Origin: Monocercomonoides exilis PA203
Taxonomy: Eukaryota > Protista > Preaxostyla
DNA length: 64,000 nt
NCBI GenBank assembly: GCA_001643675.2
Contig: LSRY02000055.1
Coordinates: forward strand, 434,001-498,000
Direction: 5' to 3'
The notes under the pieces are model-generated. The model was not told the DNA's origin, did no database searches, and was given only the letters and a program-made list of their open reading frames with translations. Below are positions 14,001 through 28,100 of the stretch, in pieces. The position numbers were made by a program, and so were the translations under genes. Each line of letters opens with the position of its first letter. Position 1 is the first letter of the stretch.

Positions 14001-17000
14001 GTGAACAATCTTTCAGAGTCAATAGTCCTTCACTCGATCCAATATGCAACAAAACATTGACTCCACTTGTGAATGACGATGGAACAACAAAGTTTATCAG
14101 TTCGAAATTGGTAATACCATGAATCTCCATTGCTGTTCCTTCTGTTCCTTCAAGCGATGAGAGATATTTCAAAGAACACGTCTCTGAATTATTTGATCTT
14201 ATTGAAAGCCCACTGACATCAACACTCTTTTGAAGAATTCATTTTCCATTGATGCTGATATTCCTTTCGTCTCCTAAGGCAATCGATCCAAAGAATGATC
14301 GATTGACAGACAAGGATAATCCAAAAGGCCACAAATGCACACATCTTTTCCATCATCACTGACAACTATCTCTGAGCCAAATGTTTGCCAAAAATAGATC
14401 AATGGAACAGCATTTATTGTGTCGTTTCCGTCAAAGCCTCTCAAAGAATTCAATGAAATGTCATCCAGATGCCCAGAAACAAATGGAAGAGAGGTGTTTG
14501 TGATGCTCTTTGTCAAGTTGAATGATTCAACAAACAGGTCATTTCCATATCTCGCAACATTTGGCTTGTCTGCCTCAAAAACAGGGGATGAGATCACAAA
14601 TGAAGAATACTCATCAATCAATTTCAGTGTCATTCCTCCTCCAAAGCCAGATTTCTCCTCTTCATCTGGTGCTGTGCATTCTGTGAATGTGCATGAAATA
14701 ATATTCATTTGAATGATTCCCTTCAATTGGGCATTGATAGCCCCTCCTCTGCTTCCATCATCCAGCACAGAGCATCCATCTAAATCACATTCTTCAATAT
14801 TCATTTGTGTGTTTGTATTTTCATCATCGCTGTTGTCAATGCTCACACACCCTCCACTTCCAGCTGCTCTTTCTATTTCTGAAAAAGTGCAGTTCGTCAT
14901 GTTCAGCCATTTGGTGCTCATTGACTCGGTATTTGTACTGCTTCCAGACAAAGAGATCAATGGATTTTCACTCAAATCAATCGATGAAGCTGAGAATTTG
15001 TCGATTATCAGGATCCCTGACTCAACTGACAAGAATAGAAATGCCATTTCTGATGATGGATTTTGAAGGGAAATCGAACATTGAGACAGAGTCATTGATG
15101 ATGAAGATGACGAAATGAAAGTGGAGCGAAGAGGAAGAGAAGAAGGAAAAGAGAAGATGAGTTTTGATAATTCTGTTTCAACGTTTGTTGTTATCATCGA
15201 TGAATTGGATGTTTCACTTGAATCAGAGATTGTCCAGCCACTTTGATCGTTGTTTCCTCGGATTTCATGCTTCTGGCCAGCAAAGGTCAATTCATCACTC
15301 ATCTGAATCATTCCATTCACAATAATTATCTTTTCCCCTGCCAGTCGTGTGAGAGAGTGCTTCAAAGTCAAACATGGGAATTGGACTATTCCACAGTGTG
15401 AGTGATCGGATGCCTCAGTATTACTCACATATATTTCTTCTGGAGTGGGAAGGAGATAGATGCACAGTGGAATGGCCACACTGTTGTTTCCATTGTCATA
15501 TCCCCTCACCTTGTCAAAAGAATCCAAAGAATCTGTCACACATGAAATCTTTTCTGATTTTGCTGTTTCTTCCAGATTGGGTGAAATGACAAAGATATCG
15601 CTTCCCCATTTGGCTGTGTTTGTGCCAAACGAAGAGGAAATCAGGAAATTGGGATTTTCATTCAATAATCGAAGAAGAATTCCTCCCCCAAATCCATATG
15701 TTGCTGAGCAATAGCATTCATCAAAAGATCCGCCTTTCATTTTCACGTCATTTTCATTCCCAACACACAGCATCATCGATCCCCCATCAGCCGATGTTCT
15801 GCTTCCACATCCTTCAAAAGTGCAACAATTCAGATCAATGCTTGCCTTGTCATTCGAAAACGATATCACTGCTGCTCCGCTCGTTGTTCTCTCAATCCCA
15901 TCAAAGACACACTCGGAAAGTGCCAATGAAATTTCATTCGTCGAAGAGAGTGAAATCAACGAAGTTGAAGAGATAGTTTGTGCCCAGTTCACATTTTCCA
16001 TATGAAACATCTCATTCTGAACATTTATCAGTTCTGTGGTGAATGCTGTTTGAGCAGAATGTCCGCTTCCAGAAGATATATTTAATCTGCTAATATGCAT
16101 CTCTCCTGTTCCAGTAATCTCAAATACCCTTGAGGCACGATTATTTGCATTTGACGAGTCATGCACAAGGGCAAGGTTATTTACGGTCAATGTGCCTGTA
16201 GAGACTGAAAAAAGAGATAAACCTATTTCTTCAAAATCTGTTTGTATCGTTGAGCTCAAATCACTTTGGCCACATATTGTGAAAGTATAAATTCCACAAT
16301 CCACATTTTTTGTCTCTGTGATCGTTCCTGTGAGAATCTCGATATCAGTCACATATTCTGGAATCAGCTGATTGAGGCAATGGCTGATCGTGCAGCATGG
16401 ATAGCTTTCGTGAATTCCGCAGGAATATGTATCTTTGGATTTTGGTTGTGTTTCAGTCGACGAAACAAATCTGACTCTTCCGAAATCGTTTCTAAGCTAT
16501 TTACTTTTATCTTCAATTTAATCATGTTTTGTGCTCACTCTATTTGATGTTTGTCTGGTGGAATAGCAGGTGGAATCAATGTTGTTTTTTGATGAGCCTT
16601 GAAGATCTATGTCGTGTCCTGCTATTTTGCATGTATTGTTGTGAAAAAAGCAGAAATAAAACAAAATTCCAAAATTACTAGAAGTTATTCTTTGACACAC
16701 AGCGCCACCTCCGCACAATGAGTGGCAATGGCAAAACAGACAGTTCGAGATAATAACTTGATCTATTACATAATATTGTTCAATAGCGCTTACTGTTCCA
16801 TCAGTTGATCCATTACTTCGGCAGTTGACAAAAAAAGAATTAATAATGCAATTTTTCTGTTTTTCAGTTTTGGTCGGACGCAGATTAATTGCCCCACCAT
16901 CATTTCCAGATGAACAGTTTTGAAAATAGCAATCGTCAACCATTGATTGGACATTCACATGTTAGAATTGAACGCACCCTTCCCCTAAATTATTTGTAGC

Positions 17001-17757
17001 TGCTGCAGTACATAGAATAAATGTAGTGTGGAGCACAACGCATTCAGCTATTTTCAATGCAAATATTCCTCCTCCGTTTGTGGAAGAAGCATTGCACATT
17101 GTGAATGAAGAATTTTCAACAGTGAGAATAGCACTTGCGTTGTCATGAACATAAAGAGCACCTCCTTGTGGTGCTGTGCAGTCAACCCATTCACACAATG
17201 AAAATGATTGGCTTTCTGTTGTGTTAATTTGTCCTTTTTTCTCAAGAATATTCATTTATCTTTTCCCGAAGCTTGTTGATGCGTTTCTGCAGATGAATTC
17301 CGGCGAAGAATATGATCCACTCGAGATTCCTCCTTCAAATGCATTCACACACGAATGAATGAGGCAGTTCTCCATTGAGCTCAAATAGCATGAATGTTCA
17401 ATTTGGTAATCTCCGTTTTTGTCTAATTTCACAGACATATTCCTGAAGGCACAATTATCAATCTGTTCGCTTTTGCTCTTTCCTGATAACAGGAAATAGT
17501 TTGAAGCTGAGACAGCCAGGTCAAAAATGATGGAATTTCTCAAAATAGCAATATTTGAATCATCAGATGAAAATATGAGATTGGAAGGGTTGACATTCAT
17601 TTGGGGGGTCAAACTCAAATTCACCATGCAGATTGACCCACTTCGCAAATGAAAAGGAGATTCTGATTTTTGGTGAGAGATGCAGAAATCCATCGATAAG
17701 TTTGATTTGTTTGTTATAAGCACACATAGGAAGAAAAATGTTCAATTGCAAAATCAT
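11059..17757 (-). pseudogene. Giant beta-helix single-pass surface protein, fragmented; kinase-like tail truncated
   Basis: Colinear ORFs 17256-17723, 16962-17255, 16518-16958, 14274-16352 and 11059-14172. Contains CG-x(5)-PC modules and GGA(I/L/V) motifs, TM YWLLIVVIFAVLFLIVLIVSIIFIV, and the conserved tail DPKAFEMVTMEMSPEEQW. Homology to the 34-kb paralogue stops at HEMLIV. Confidence 0.85.
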
Positions 17758-17869
17758 TTTAAAAGACCTGTGAGAAGTTGAAATGGAAAAAAATGAAGGA
17801 GAAAAAGAAGCAGGAGAGAAAGAAGAAGATATTTAAACAGTTGTTTTTTTGTTGTTATTTTTTTCATTC

Positions 17870-20800
17870 AGCAGCATCAACAATTGAGCATCAAATCCGT
17901 GCTCTACGACATTCTCTCTTCAGAACATCAACGAAACGGAAGTTGTTGGATGCACGTTCCAAACACTCGGCTCAGAAGGATGCAAAAATGGAGGAGCGAT
18001 GTCTTTTGAACTGAAATCTGCGAATTAGCATTTGAAGATGATCAATGTGGGAGTGAAGAACAGCACCTGAAGTAGTTCTGAAGGATATGGGGGAGGAATC
18101 CATTTGACATGTTCAACAGACAACAATGATATATATTAATTTTCAGAGATAAGTGTTGGAGGAAACAAGGCACACCAGGGAAGAGACATGTTCATTGTGG
18201 CGAATGATCTGAGGAATGGTGTGAGTTCTGAGTTGTTTGCATTTGCAACACAATTTGAGTACAAAACGAATGCGCTGGTTGGGTTTGACAGGAGCTATTT
18301 TAACGAGGTGGTTGATCTGATGATTTTTGTGGAGGGTTTTGTGAGTGCATCTGTTCTGGTTGAGGCGCCAGCAGGGCAGAACGAGGTGTTTTGTGGGAAC
18401 AAATATGTTCCGTGCCAATCGCTTGACAATTCTGTCAATCGACTTGCAGAAAGCAATGCAGATGTGCCACTTCGTGTGATCACTGTGAAATCGAATGGCT
18501 CGATCGAAAATGACATTTCGCTCAACTCAGTCAATGTTGTGTCATTTGGCAAAGAAAACAGCGGGATTAACATCAGCACCAATGTTCAGTTTGCATCTGG
18601 GAGTGTTGTTTCATCCACAGCCGCTCTTTCGTTTTCTTCGATCGATTTTCATATTCCATCTGTTTTTGCTGTTGAGACACCTGAAGGTGCTTCGTTGTTT
18701 TCCTCTTCGACAGAAACAGGAAACATCCAATTTTCATCGTGCTCTTTCATTCAGACTTCTTCAGAATCGCAAGATGTCTCAAGCTGCGTGCATTTGATCA
18801 GCGTTTTGGGTGGGGTTGTGCAGCTTTCTCAATGCCATGCAGATAAAGCAGCATTTTCTGTTACGCCTTTTGTGATTTCGCAAGCAGCCCAAGCTTCATT
18901 TGATGGAGATAGCTTAACACATCTATCATTTTCAACTTGTTCACTTTTCGATCTGATTCCTTCAACACCAGAAGAGAAAGATGATTATTCCTCATCAGCC
19001 AGTCAAGAATCTCAGCCATCTGAAATAAGCTTCAACAACTGTGAATTCACTTCTCTTCATGTGAGTGAGTATGACGAGCAGCCTTCATTTGGGTCTGTTC
19101 AGCTTGAGACGCATCTGTCAATTGTGAACTGCTCTTTGGATGATTTGACATCTGCGTTGAGTGTGGAAGGCGGAGGAATGAGAATTGAACTTGGAACAGA
19201 AGGAAGCTTCTGTCTGAAGGGAGAAAATTCTGAGCAGTTGAGTTCTGTTAGCCATTGCATTTATTCGACTTTTATCGGAAAAGGAGGGTTTTTGTATCTG
19301 AGCTTCTGCAACTCGATCGATGGATTTTCTTTGTCTGATTTGGTGTTTTCTGAGAATGAAGCATTTGTTGGCAGAAACGTGTTCATATTGAGCTCCGATT
19401 TGAATTCTTCAGTTGTCGTTGAAAGGTTGATGTTTGATTGGACTGAATGGAAAAACACAACAGCTTTCTTTGGGGCAGATGAAGTGAACTTTACAGAAGG
19501 CATATCTTTGGACAAGCTGCTGTTTGAGCACACAGACACTTCTGTTGTTGTGTCGTCGAGTGGAAGAGACATCCATGGGTGCGGATCAGAAAAGGAGCCT
19601 TGTCAGTCATTTTGGGAAGGGATGAGGCATTTCAGAGAAGGAGTTCAGTTCAGAGAAATCAAAATCAACACAAGTGCTGTTATTTCAGACGAGTGGGACC
19701 TTTCAAACAGCTCAATAAGCCCAGCTGTTCCTTCTTCTCCTGGTTATTCTTCTTCCTCCTCTTCCTCTTCTGATGAGCCTTCCTCAGATGAATGCACAAT
19801 CAATGCGGGAAAAGCTATTCAATCTCTTTCTGAGCCTTCTGAGGCTGTGCTCACAAACAAGCTCATGCTCACCTTCACCTCCATCAACTTCTACCTGCCT
19901 TCGTCTTTCGAAACACCACAAAAGGAACTTCTTTTCACTGAGACAGGAACAGCCACGCTTAGCAAGTGCTCCTTTGCGATGCAGACAGCAGAAGAAGGCA
20001 TTGCGTTTGTGCTTTTCCATGTTTCGTCTGGAATGCTTTCGATTGAAGAGTCCAAAATGGCTGAGCTCTCCTTTGCGACATCAGCCATCCGACTTGCTGC
20101 GCCGGCTGCACATTTTGTGGCAAGCGCGTTTTCTGTTGATGTTCTGAATTTTGCAGATGGATCGTTTATTTCTGTGGGCGATGCAGAAGAGAAGGGGGAT
20201 GAGGAATCAGTCTTATCAGGGAATGGCAAAGAAACGAAAGCGGGCAAAGAAGCGAGCGAAATCAGACTGGAGAATCTTCAGTCGCATCTCATCCGCAGCA
20301 CAAATGCAAAAGCGTCGATCATTTCTTATGAGAGCGCGCTGTCTGTGGAGCTGACGATGGACAACTCGACATTCAGCGACTGCAACAGCGAGTCTCAGCT
20401 GGGAGGGGCGTTTTGTGTGTGGATGAAGGAGAAGGTGGGTGGGCTGGCTGACAGCTGGGCAAATGAAGGCAGTGTGCTGGCGAATCTGTCGTCTTTTGTG
20501 ACATGTGCGTGCTCAACAAGTGAAGGGAAAGGAGGCGCAATTGCATTGAACTGCCTGGACGATCCAGAAGATTCAGATGCTCCGTCTTCGGAGAAAGCGA
20601 AGGCGCTGCCAATCAAATTTCGGCTGATTCGGTTTTCTTTGAACAGAGCGAGAGTGGGGAAGGATCTTTACATTGTCTGCCGATCGATTGCTGAGCAGAT
20701 CAACGAGGCGCTGTTTGTGATGGACTTCAGTGAGTTGGCCTTTGACAGAGAAAATGCGATCTTCGGGATGGACACAGAAAACGAGGTGCCGATTGATTTG

Positions 20801-22620
20801 GTGCCATTTATTGTGTTCTACAAGTCAGAGCGGATATTTGTGTCGGGAGAGAAAGGGAAGAACGAGAAGGACTGTGGGCGAAGGGAAGACCCGTGTGAGA
20901 CGCTGAGCGAGGCTGTGCGGCATCTGAACGACGAGCCGTACCAGAACGTGCTGGTGGTGAAGAAGGCAGCTGTTTCAGCAGAGACAGCCATTTCATCAGC
21001 GACAGTGCAGACAGTCGGAGGCAGCCCAGCTGTTTTCGAGTTCAACTGCGAAATCGCTCAGACAGATGGAAGTGCCGATTGTGTGGTGTCTTCGTCTGAG
21101 GAGTGCAGCATTTTGGGGATGGACATCGTCTTCGGCCCCAGCTTCGCTTCGGCGCATCGCTCTGTCTTTGGCGTGAGGAGCGGAAATCTGACGCTGGGCG
21201 ACTGCACAATCACGTCAGAAGAGCCGGCGCAGCTGGCAAATACTGCAATTTGTGTTGATAGTCATAGTTTGTGTTTGAGCAATGTTTCGTTCTCAGACAT
21301 ACGCTTGAAGGAATCGAGGCAGCAGCCATCAGCAGAAGCATTTGTAGCAAAGCAATTTGCTAAGTCTTCTTCTTTATCATCATTGTCTTTATTTGAACCA
21401 GAGGCAGGGTATTAATTCATTGAGGCCTGCTCTGGTGCTGCTGTGGAGTTGATTGGTGTCTGCTTCAAAGAGCTATCTTTATTTGTCGTGTCGGGCGATG
21501 CCTCGCAGTCGGCTCATGTCATCAAGTGCGAGTCGTCGTCTCTGACAGCCAGCGGACTGAGAATAGAAGATTGTTCTGCTTCTTTCATAACACCTTCCGA
21601 TTCTTCATCTTCATCATTATCTTCATTATCATCATCCATTTCTTCTTCTTCTCATTCTCCCAATTCCTTTGAGTCATGTGCGAACTCTCTTATTTCTGTG
21701 TCTGGCGGCAGCGTGGCTGTGCTGGCAGACATTTGCATAGAGCATGTTTTCGAGTGCTGCGGTGTGCTGTCTGCAGAAAGCGGGTGCAAAGTGGAAGTGA
21801 AGCGGAGCAACGTCTCTTCGCTCTCTTCGCACTCGTCTGCCTTTGCCGCCGAAATGGCAGCGTCTTTTGTGCTGAGAGAAGTTCATATCAGCCAAGTGAC
21901 TGTGGAAGAAGGATGCTTGTTTGCTCTTCTGCCTCTTCCTTCTCTTTCTTCTCTTTCTTCTCTTTTCAATGAAGAATCGGATAATTTTGAGTTTAATTCT
22001 GAATTTTACAAGGCAGCCGATGAAAGCAGCGAAACGCCGTTTGAGTTGGTTCTGTGTGAAGTGAGGGATGTGCAGCTGAAGCATTCGGAAGGAGCAGCTG
22101 TGAAGGCAGCCAGTTGGAACAGCCGCATTCTGATTGACTCGTGTGTGTTCAGCAACATCATCGGGCAGCGCGAAAGAGGAAGCTATTTGGATTTGACCTC
22201 GTGTGGAAGTGTTGCAATAGAAAAGAGCTCATTTTTGGGGGTTGGAGAAATGATAAGCCAAAATGGACAGAATATTCATTCAAAAGTGAATGAAAACGAA
22301 GAAACTGGTGAAGAAACTGGTTTTGTGTGGGAATGGAGCAGCTCTTCAATCAACTTTGTAGAAAGCACAGTGAATATAAACGATACTTCATTTGAGAACT
22401 TCTCTCAAGGAGCCATTTCTCTGTCTAACTCGACTGTTACGATAGAACTGGGGATGTTTCAGAACAACAATCCATTTGTTTCCGGCTATCCTTCTCTTCG
22501 ACGCAACATTTTGTGTTCAGATGGAAGCACGTTGAATGTGAAGAGTGTGAAAGGAGGAGACGGAGAAAAAGAGAACTCCTCTTTTTGGGTGCTGGACTAA
22601 GATGGCACTTTGAACAAGAG
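17870..22620 (+). pseudogene. Internal fragment of the giant beta-helix surface protein family
   Basis: ORFs 18188-21415 and 21443-22600 are in the same frame, split by one TAA. Three CG..PC modules and the family motif YPSLRRNILC..VKGGDGEKENSSFWVLD are present. No signal peptide or TM helix. Confidence 0.8.
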
Positions 22621-23280
22621 TGAAAAAGATGTTTTGAAGGAGTTCAGCAAAGAGGATTATGTTAACGAAAATGAAATTTGTCATTAAAATTGACCTGTCA
22701 TTATATGAATGGGACGAAGAAGAAACTGCAATATCTGTGTCTGTTTTATTTGGAGATGAAATAAAATATTAAACGGAGAATTTCTTCGTGAAGAACAAAA
22801 GCAGTCTTCAAACAAAAGGAGATGAAGAAATAGATAAAAGAATTGAAGAAGAAAAGAGAGAGATGAAAGGAAAAATATAAAAAGAAGAGCAAAGTGCAAT
22901 TTAGGGAATTTTGGTAGTTCCAAATATAGAACGGAAGGATACTGGTGATATAATACAAGAAGAATTAGTGAAAGAGTATGAAGGGTTTGAAGGGGAGAGT
23001 AAGCAAAAGAAAAGGAGATATTGACTTGAATGTCTAGATGAGAAGGGAAATTAAGTTGTGAGAATTTTGTTGAAAATAGTGTTCAGCTGGAAGTATTAGT
23101 GAAAATGAAGAAAAATCGGAAAAAAGATGCTTTTTGAGCCTTTGTCATTTGGAGGGTTCGTTGAAAGGTTCAAAAAATAAATGTGCAAAAAGTTAAAGAA
23201 AAGGAAAACATTTTGTTAAGGAAAAAATTATTTTGTTTATTTCGAAAAATTTGATACAGTTTTTAGAGGATTGATTATAA

Positions 23281-24780
23281 TTTTATGAGAAAATATGAAT
23301 TGAAAAAGAAAAATTTTAAATGAAATATGAAATCCATTATTTGAAAATTGGAAATATAAATGAAGAATTGTGATTTGAGATTTTGTTGAATATGAAATGA
23401 AGTTGAGTTAAAGAAAAGTATGTTGATATATTTTTTGTATTTTGATTGTTATGATAAATTTTTTTGTTAAAATTTAGTAGTATAGGAAGAGATTATTGTA
23501 ATGGATGAATATTTTGTATATTTTGAAATATAAAGTTTAAAAGAGCGTGAATAGGTTGATATTTAAATGATGAATTAATGTAAATAGATATTTGAAGGAG
23601 GTTTGAAGTTTTGTTTTTATTTTAAATGAAAAAGGAAAATAACAATTAAATGTTGATTTTTTTATTGTTTTATTAAAATTTGTGTGTAGAAAAAAAAAAG
23701 ATGATGTGAAGAAAGTTAATAAGGAATGGAATGTGAAATGTTTAATAAATTAATAGAAGTTATCGAAAGGATTGAAATTTAGAAAGTTATTTAATTATAA
23801 AAGGTTTGTATGGATGTATTTTTAAAATGAAGTTAGTTGAAGTTTATAAAATTGGTTTATAATATTTATTAAAGAAGATATTGAAATGTATTTAGAAAAA
23901 TTGAAGAGAATATTATGGATGAAAGATGGAAAAGGGGATGAATATGTGGAATTTAAAGATGAGGAAATTAAGATAATATTGGAAAGATGATGATATTAGA
24001 AGAAGAAGTGTATGGAAAGAAAAAGAGATTGAAGTGAAATGAGCAAGTGGGATGAGTTTTAAAGAAATCATGAATCCATAATAGAAACATGATAATAATA
24101 ATATTTTGGGATGGATGATCATTATGAATTTTTGAAAGAGAATTTGATAAGAATGAAAAGTGGAATGAATGTAATGATGAGAAGATGATAAGTTTTGATA
24201 AGAAATGAAGATATTTATTTGATAAAAAAGTGATTAATAATAAGTGTGATGAGTAATTAGAAATGTTTGAAATTGAAGAAAAGGATGATTAAGAAGATTG
24301 GAAAATGAGGAAGAAAGAAATTAATATTAATTAAATGTTGATTATTAATTGATAGGTAATGTTTTGAAGGAATTAATATTGATTATAAAAAGAAAATGAT
24401 GTATGTTAAAGGAAGAGGATATTATTGAATATTGAAAAGTTGATATGATTATGTGAATGACAAGTATGATTAATAAGTGAGGTTTATTTATTGATAAGAA
24501 CGTTATAATAAGTGAGTTGATTAGATGATAAATTGATTAAAAAGTTAATTAGAAAATATTTTTTAAAAGATTGAATATTTTTAATTTATATTCAAAAGAT
24601 ATTTATGAATTTGATATATTTTAATGTTTATTTTTGATTTATTGATGGTTATTATAAATATTTTAATTTTGATTGTTTTGCGTTTAATTCAAGTTGGGTA
24701 GTGTTTAATTTTATTTATAAGATCAGATGTTATGATCTATATAATTTGTATTGGAAAAATTATTTTATTAATTTATGAAA
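23281..24780 (+). other. Strongly C-depleted, strand-asymmetric non-coding tract
   Basis: By eye about 18 C in 1500 nt on the + strand, while G remains common. Confidence 0.85.
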
Positions 24781-25108
24781 AAGGAGAAACATTAGAAGTT
24801 AATATTTAAGTATGAAACCAATTTCTCATGGGGGGGGAACATTGGGGGGGGAAGGTGGTTGAAAATTACCTTCCACTGTTCTCTTTGTGTTGGATTGGCA
24901 GGTGGCACGGGGTATAAATCCAGCAATTTCATACTTAAGTATGGAAGTAATTTTTAAAGGAAAATAAAAAATTAACAAATGAAATTTAAATTTAAAAGGA
25001 AAGTAAATATAAGGAAAATTAAAAATTAGTTGATGGTAAAATTGATCAAAAATGATCAAAAATATTATAAATATATTGATTTGGCGAGGTTGACACAAAT
25101 TTGACGAG

Positions 25109-28100
25109 ATGTTGAGTTTGTTGTTCATTGTGGGAATCGCGTCATGTGTTGAAGCAGTTAGTGGTGTGAGTGTGTTTAAAGGGAGTTTGGTGGTTAAAAA
25201 TGCATCAGTTGAGTTAAATCAAATTTCATTGGAGAATGATGATAATTGTTGTTTGGTGTGTGGAAGGAAGGGGAGCGTGGTTGTGGTGAGGGGGTGTGTT
25301 GTGGGGATGGGGAAGGATGATGGTGCAGGGGCATTTGATCTGAGTGGGAGCATTGGGGTGTTGACAAACATCACATTGAAAGGGTGGAGAAGAGGGGGAG
25401 AGATCTATTCAGGCAGGCTGTTTGGAGGGAAGGGATATGGAGGGGAGAAGGGTGGAGGTGAAGAAAAAGGTGATGGAGAAGGAGAAAGAGGAAGGGGAAG
25501 AGGAAGAGGAAGAGAAGGAGATGGAGAAGGCATTGAAGGGAGTATTTCGGTGAGTGAATCACGATTCTCTTCTTTTTGTGTCTCATCAGCCCCATTCCTC
25601 TCATCCCCTTCCATTCCCCTAATATCCCTCTCCAACCTGACATTTTTCAACATCTCAACAGCAAATGATGCATGTTCACCTTCAACAACTACGTCAACCC
25701 AAACCTCATGTTTTATGAGCAGTTGCTCATTCTCATCAGTTTGTGATGCATATGATGGCGGAATTGTTCATTCCCTCAACAACCCCTTGGCTCTCTGACA
25801 GCCTCAAACACCTCATTCATTGGGTGTTGTCGGACAAGAAATGTTGTATGTGAAGGAACTGCAGATATTGAAACCAGACAGACAAAATGAAACATTCAAT
25901 GGAGCAAACACATTCACTTGGTGCGAATGGAGTGGATCGAGGACAACAGGAGAAAGATCAGGTGGTATAAATTGCTACAATATCAAATCTGTTGAGATTG
26001 TGAACAACACTTCGATTCATGTACTGCACAAAATCGATATGGAGGAGGAATGTTGTTTATACGATTTCGTCGTGTGTTCGGATCAGCGGATGTGAATTCC
26101 AGAATTGCAAAGCAAATAATGCTGGAGGAGGACTTTTCTCGAAAATTTTCAGGTTTCAGGAACAGGATGCATTCGAACAGAAAATGGAGGAGGGGAGAGT
26201 GCGTGTGTGTTTGACTGCAGTTTCACTTCATGCTCGGTTACAAATTATGGTGGAGGCATGTATTGCTAATGTTCCTGCAATTCAAAATGAGGAGCATTCA
26301 GTTTATTTCATGTTCAGCATCTGCATATGGAGGAGATGGAATTTATTGTTATTTTTGTTCTTCCATGAATGCAAATGTTCGGCCAATCCACCATATGGGC
26401 ATGATGTGATTTATATTGATTATTACAATGTTTATTTGGATTCGGAAATCCATTCTATGAATGCTACACCACAAACACAGATGACAAGAGAGTGTGCTAT
26501 GCATACAACTACTCGAACGCAAGTGCCTGGACATATGATCAAACAATGAAAATGGATTGGCTGAAGGACAAGACAATATATGTTTCTGTGAAAGGGAGTG
26601 ATGGATATGAGCTGTGTGGGGCAAATGAATCAAATCCGTGTCTGACAGTGAAGAAGGCACTTGAGATGTGTGAGGTGCAGATTAGCTTGGCAATCACATT
26701 GATGGAAGGGGATCACACAAGCGAGGCAACAACTATTGAGATTGGATCGAAGAAGATTTCAGTCATTGGGAAAGACAAAGAGAAATGTTCGATTGGAACA
26801 GGAGCACTTTCATCTCCATCAGCAGCAGGAACGCTATTCAGTGTGACAACAGGTCACCTTGGTTTATTGCACATAAAGGTTGATTGTAACTCAAATTTAA
26901 GTCCTTCTTCGCCGAGTGTGGTTGTGGTGTCTGATGGGAGTGGGTCACTCTCATTGGAGGATGTGATCACCACGAGTGTTTCTTCAGGAGACTATGTGAT
27001 GTCTTCGTCAGTGTTTGTGGTGCCGCTGTCACAGCTGTCGATGGTTGATGTGGAGATCAAAGATATGAATGTTGCAAAACCATTGTTCTCTGAGCTGGAT
27101 CTCTCTTCTCCTTCTTCTTCTTCTTCATTGTTGTCATTGTCGTCAACTGCACTGTATCTGACAGCCACAGCATCAGGAGATAGCGTGCTGGCGAATGTGA
27201 AGGTGACGAATGTGAAGTTGACTGAAGGAGATGGGGTGGTTGTGGCAAAGAGTGTGAAGGCAGGAGAAACGTTTGTGGTCAAGAATGTGACAATCGAAGA
27301 TTGCGAGTGCAAGACTGGAAGTGGTGGTGGGATCAAGGTCGAGTTGGAATCATCTTCAAGCAAGTTGCGGGTGGGGAGTTCAACAGCCGCGGCAAACGAG
27401 GAAACAAAATTGAACAGATGCAAGTGTAACAAATATGGAGGAGGGATGATGCTGTATCTGGAAAATATCGGGGAAAGTTCTGCCTTCGATATCTCGATGA
27501 TGGCTGTTGACTTTTCAGGCTGTACAGCAACATTGGGGGGGAAATTTCTGTTTGTGAATGGGAGCAATTGTGTGAAATGGGGCATCTCCTCTTCAAAGTT
27601 TAATGTTCCGCGAAACACATCGGCATTCGACGAGCTGGAGGGATTCGATCGGAGTGATGAAGATATGAAGAAATTCCCACTGAATGTGTTTCTGGACACA
27701 TTTCCGGCTGCTGCACATGTGGGGAAGGCAAAGAACCAATTGGGAGGATATGATTCGCAATTCTGCGGATTTGCTTATTATCCGTGTGCCACCATCACCC
27801 ACGCTGCTCAGTTGCGATATGCAGGTGTGAATAAAAAAATCGAGCTTGATTCAGGATTGGAGCTGGCAGAAGTAGTGTCGATGAGCGATGCTTACAAATG
27901 GGAGATCTTTTGCACCGGAAATGAAAAGAGTGTGAAGGTTGTTGATCCAGAAACTACTGGACTTCAATATTTGATTGATGTGCAGAGCGAATGTTCCATC
28001 AGCAGCATCGATTTCAGCATTCCGACGGTTCTGTCAGGTGCTCCATCGCTGATTTTAGCAAATTCCACGCTCCTTACGCTCTCAGAATGCTCAGTTGTCT

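Noticed and set aside
21413-22600. In-frame TAA stops as evidence for TAA/TAG=Gln recoding, as known in some oxymonads
   Set aside because: ORFs of 1000-1500 aa contain many CAA/CAG and no internal TAR. Intact genes end in TAA, and TGA stops and frameshifts are equally common, so this is ordinary decay.
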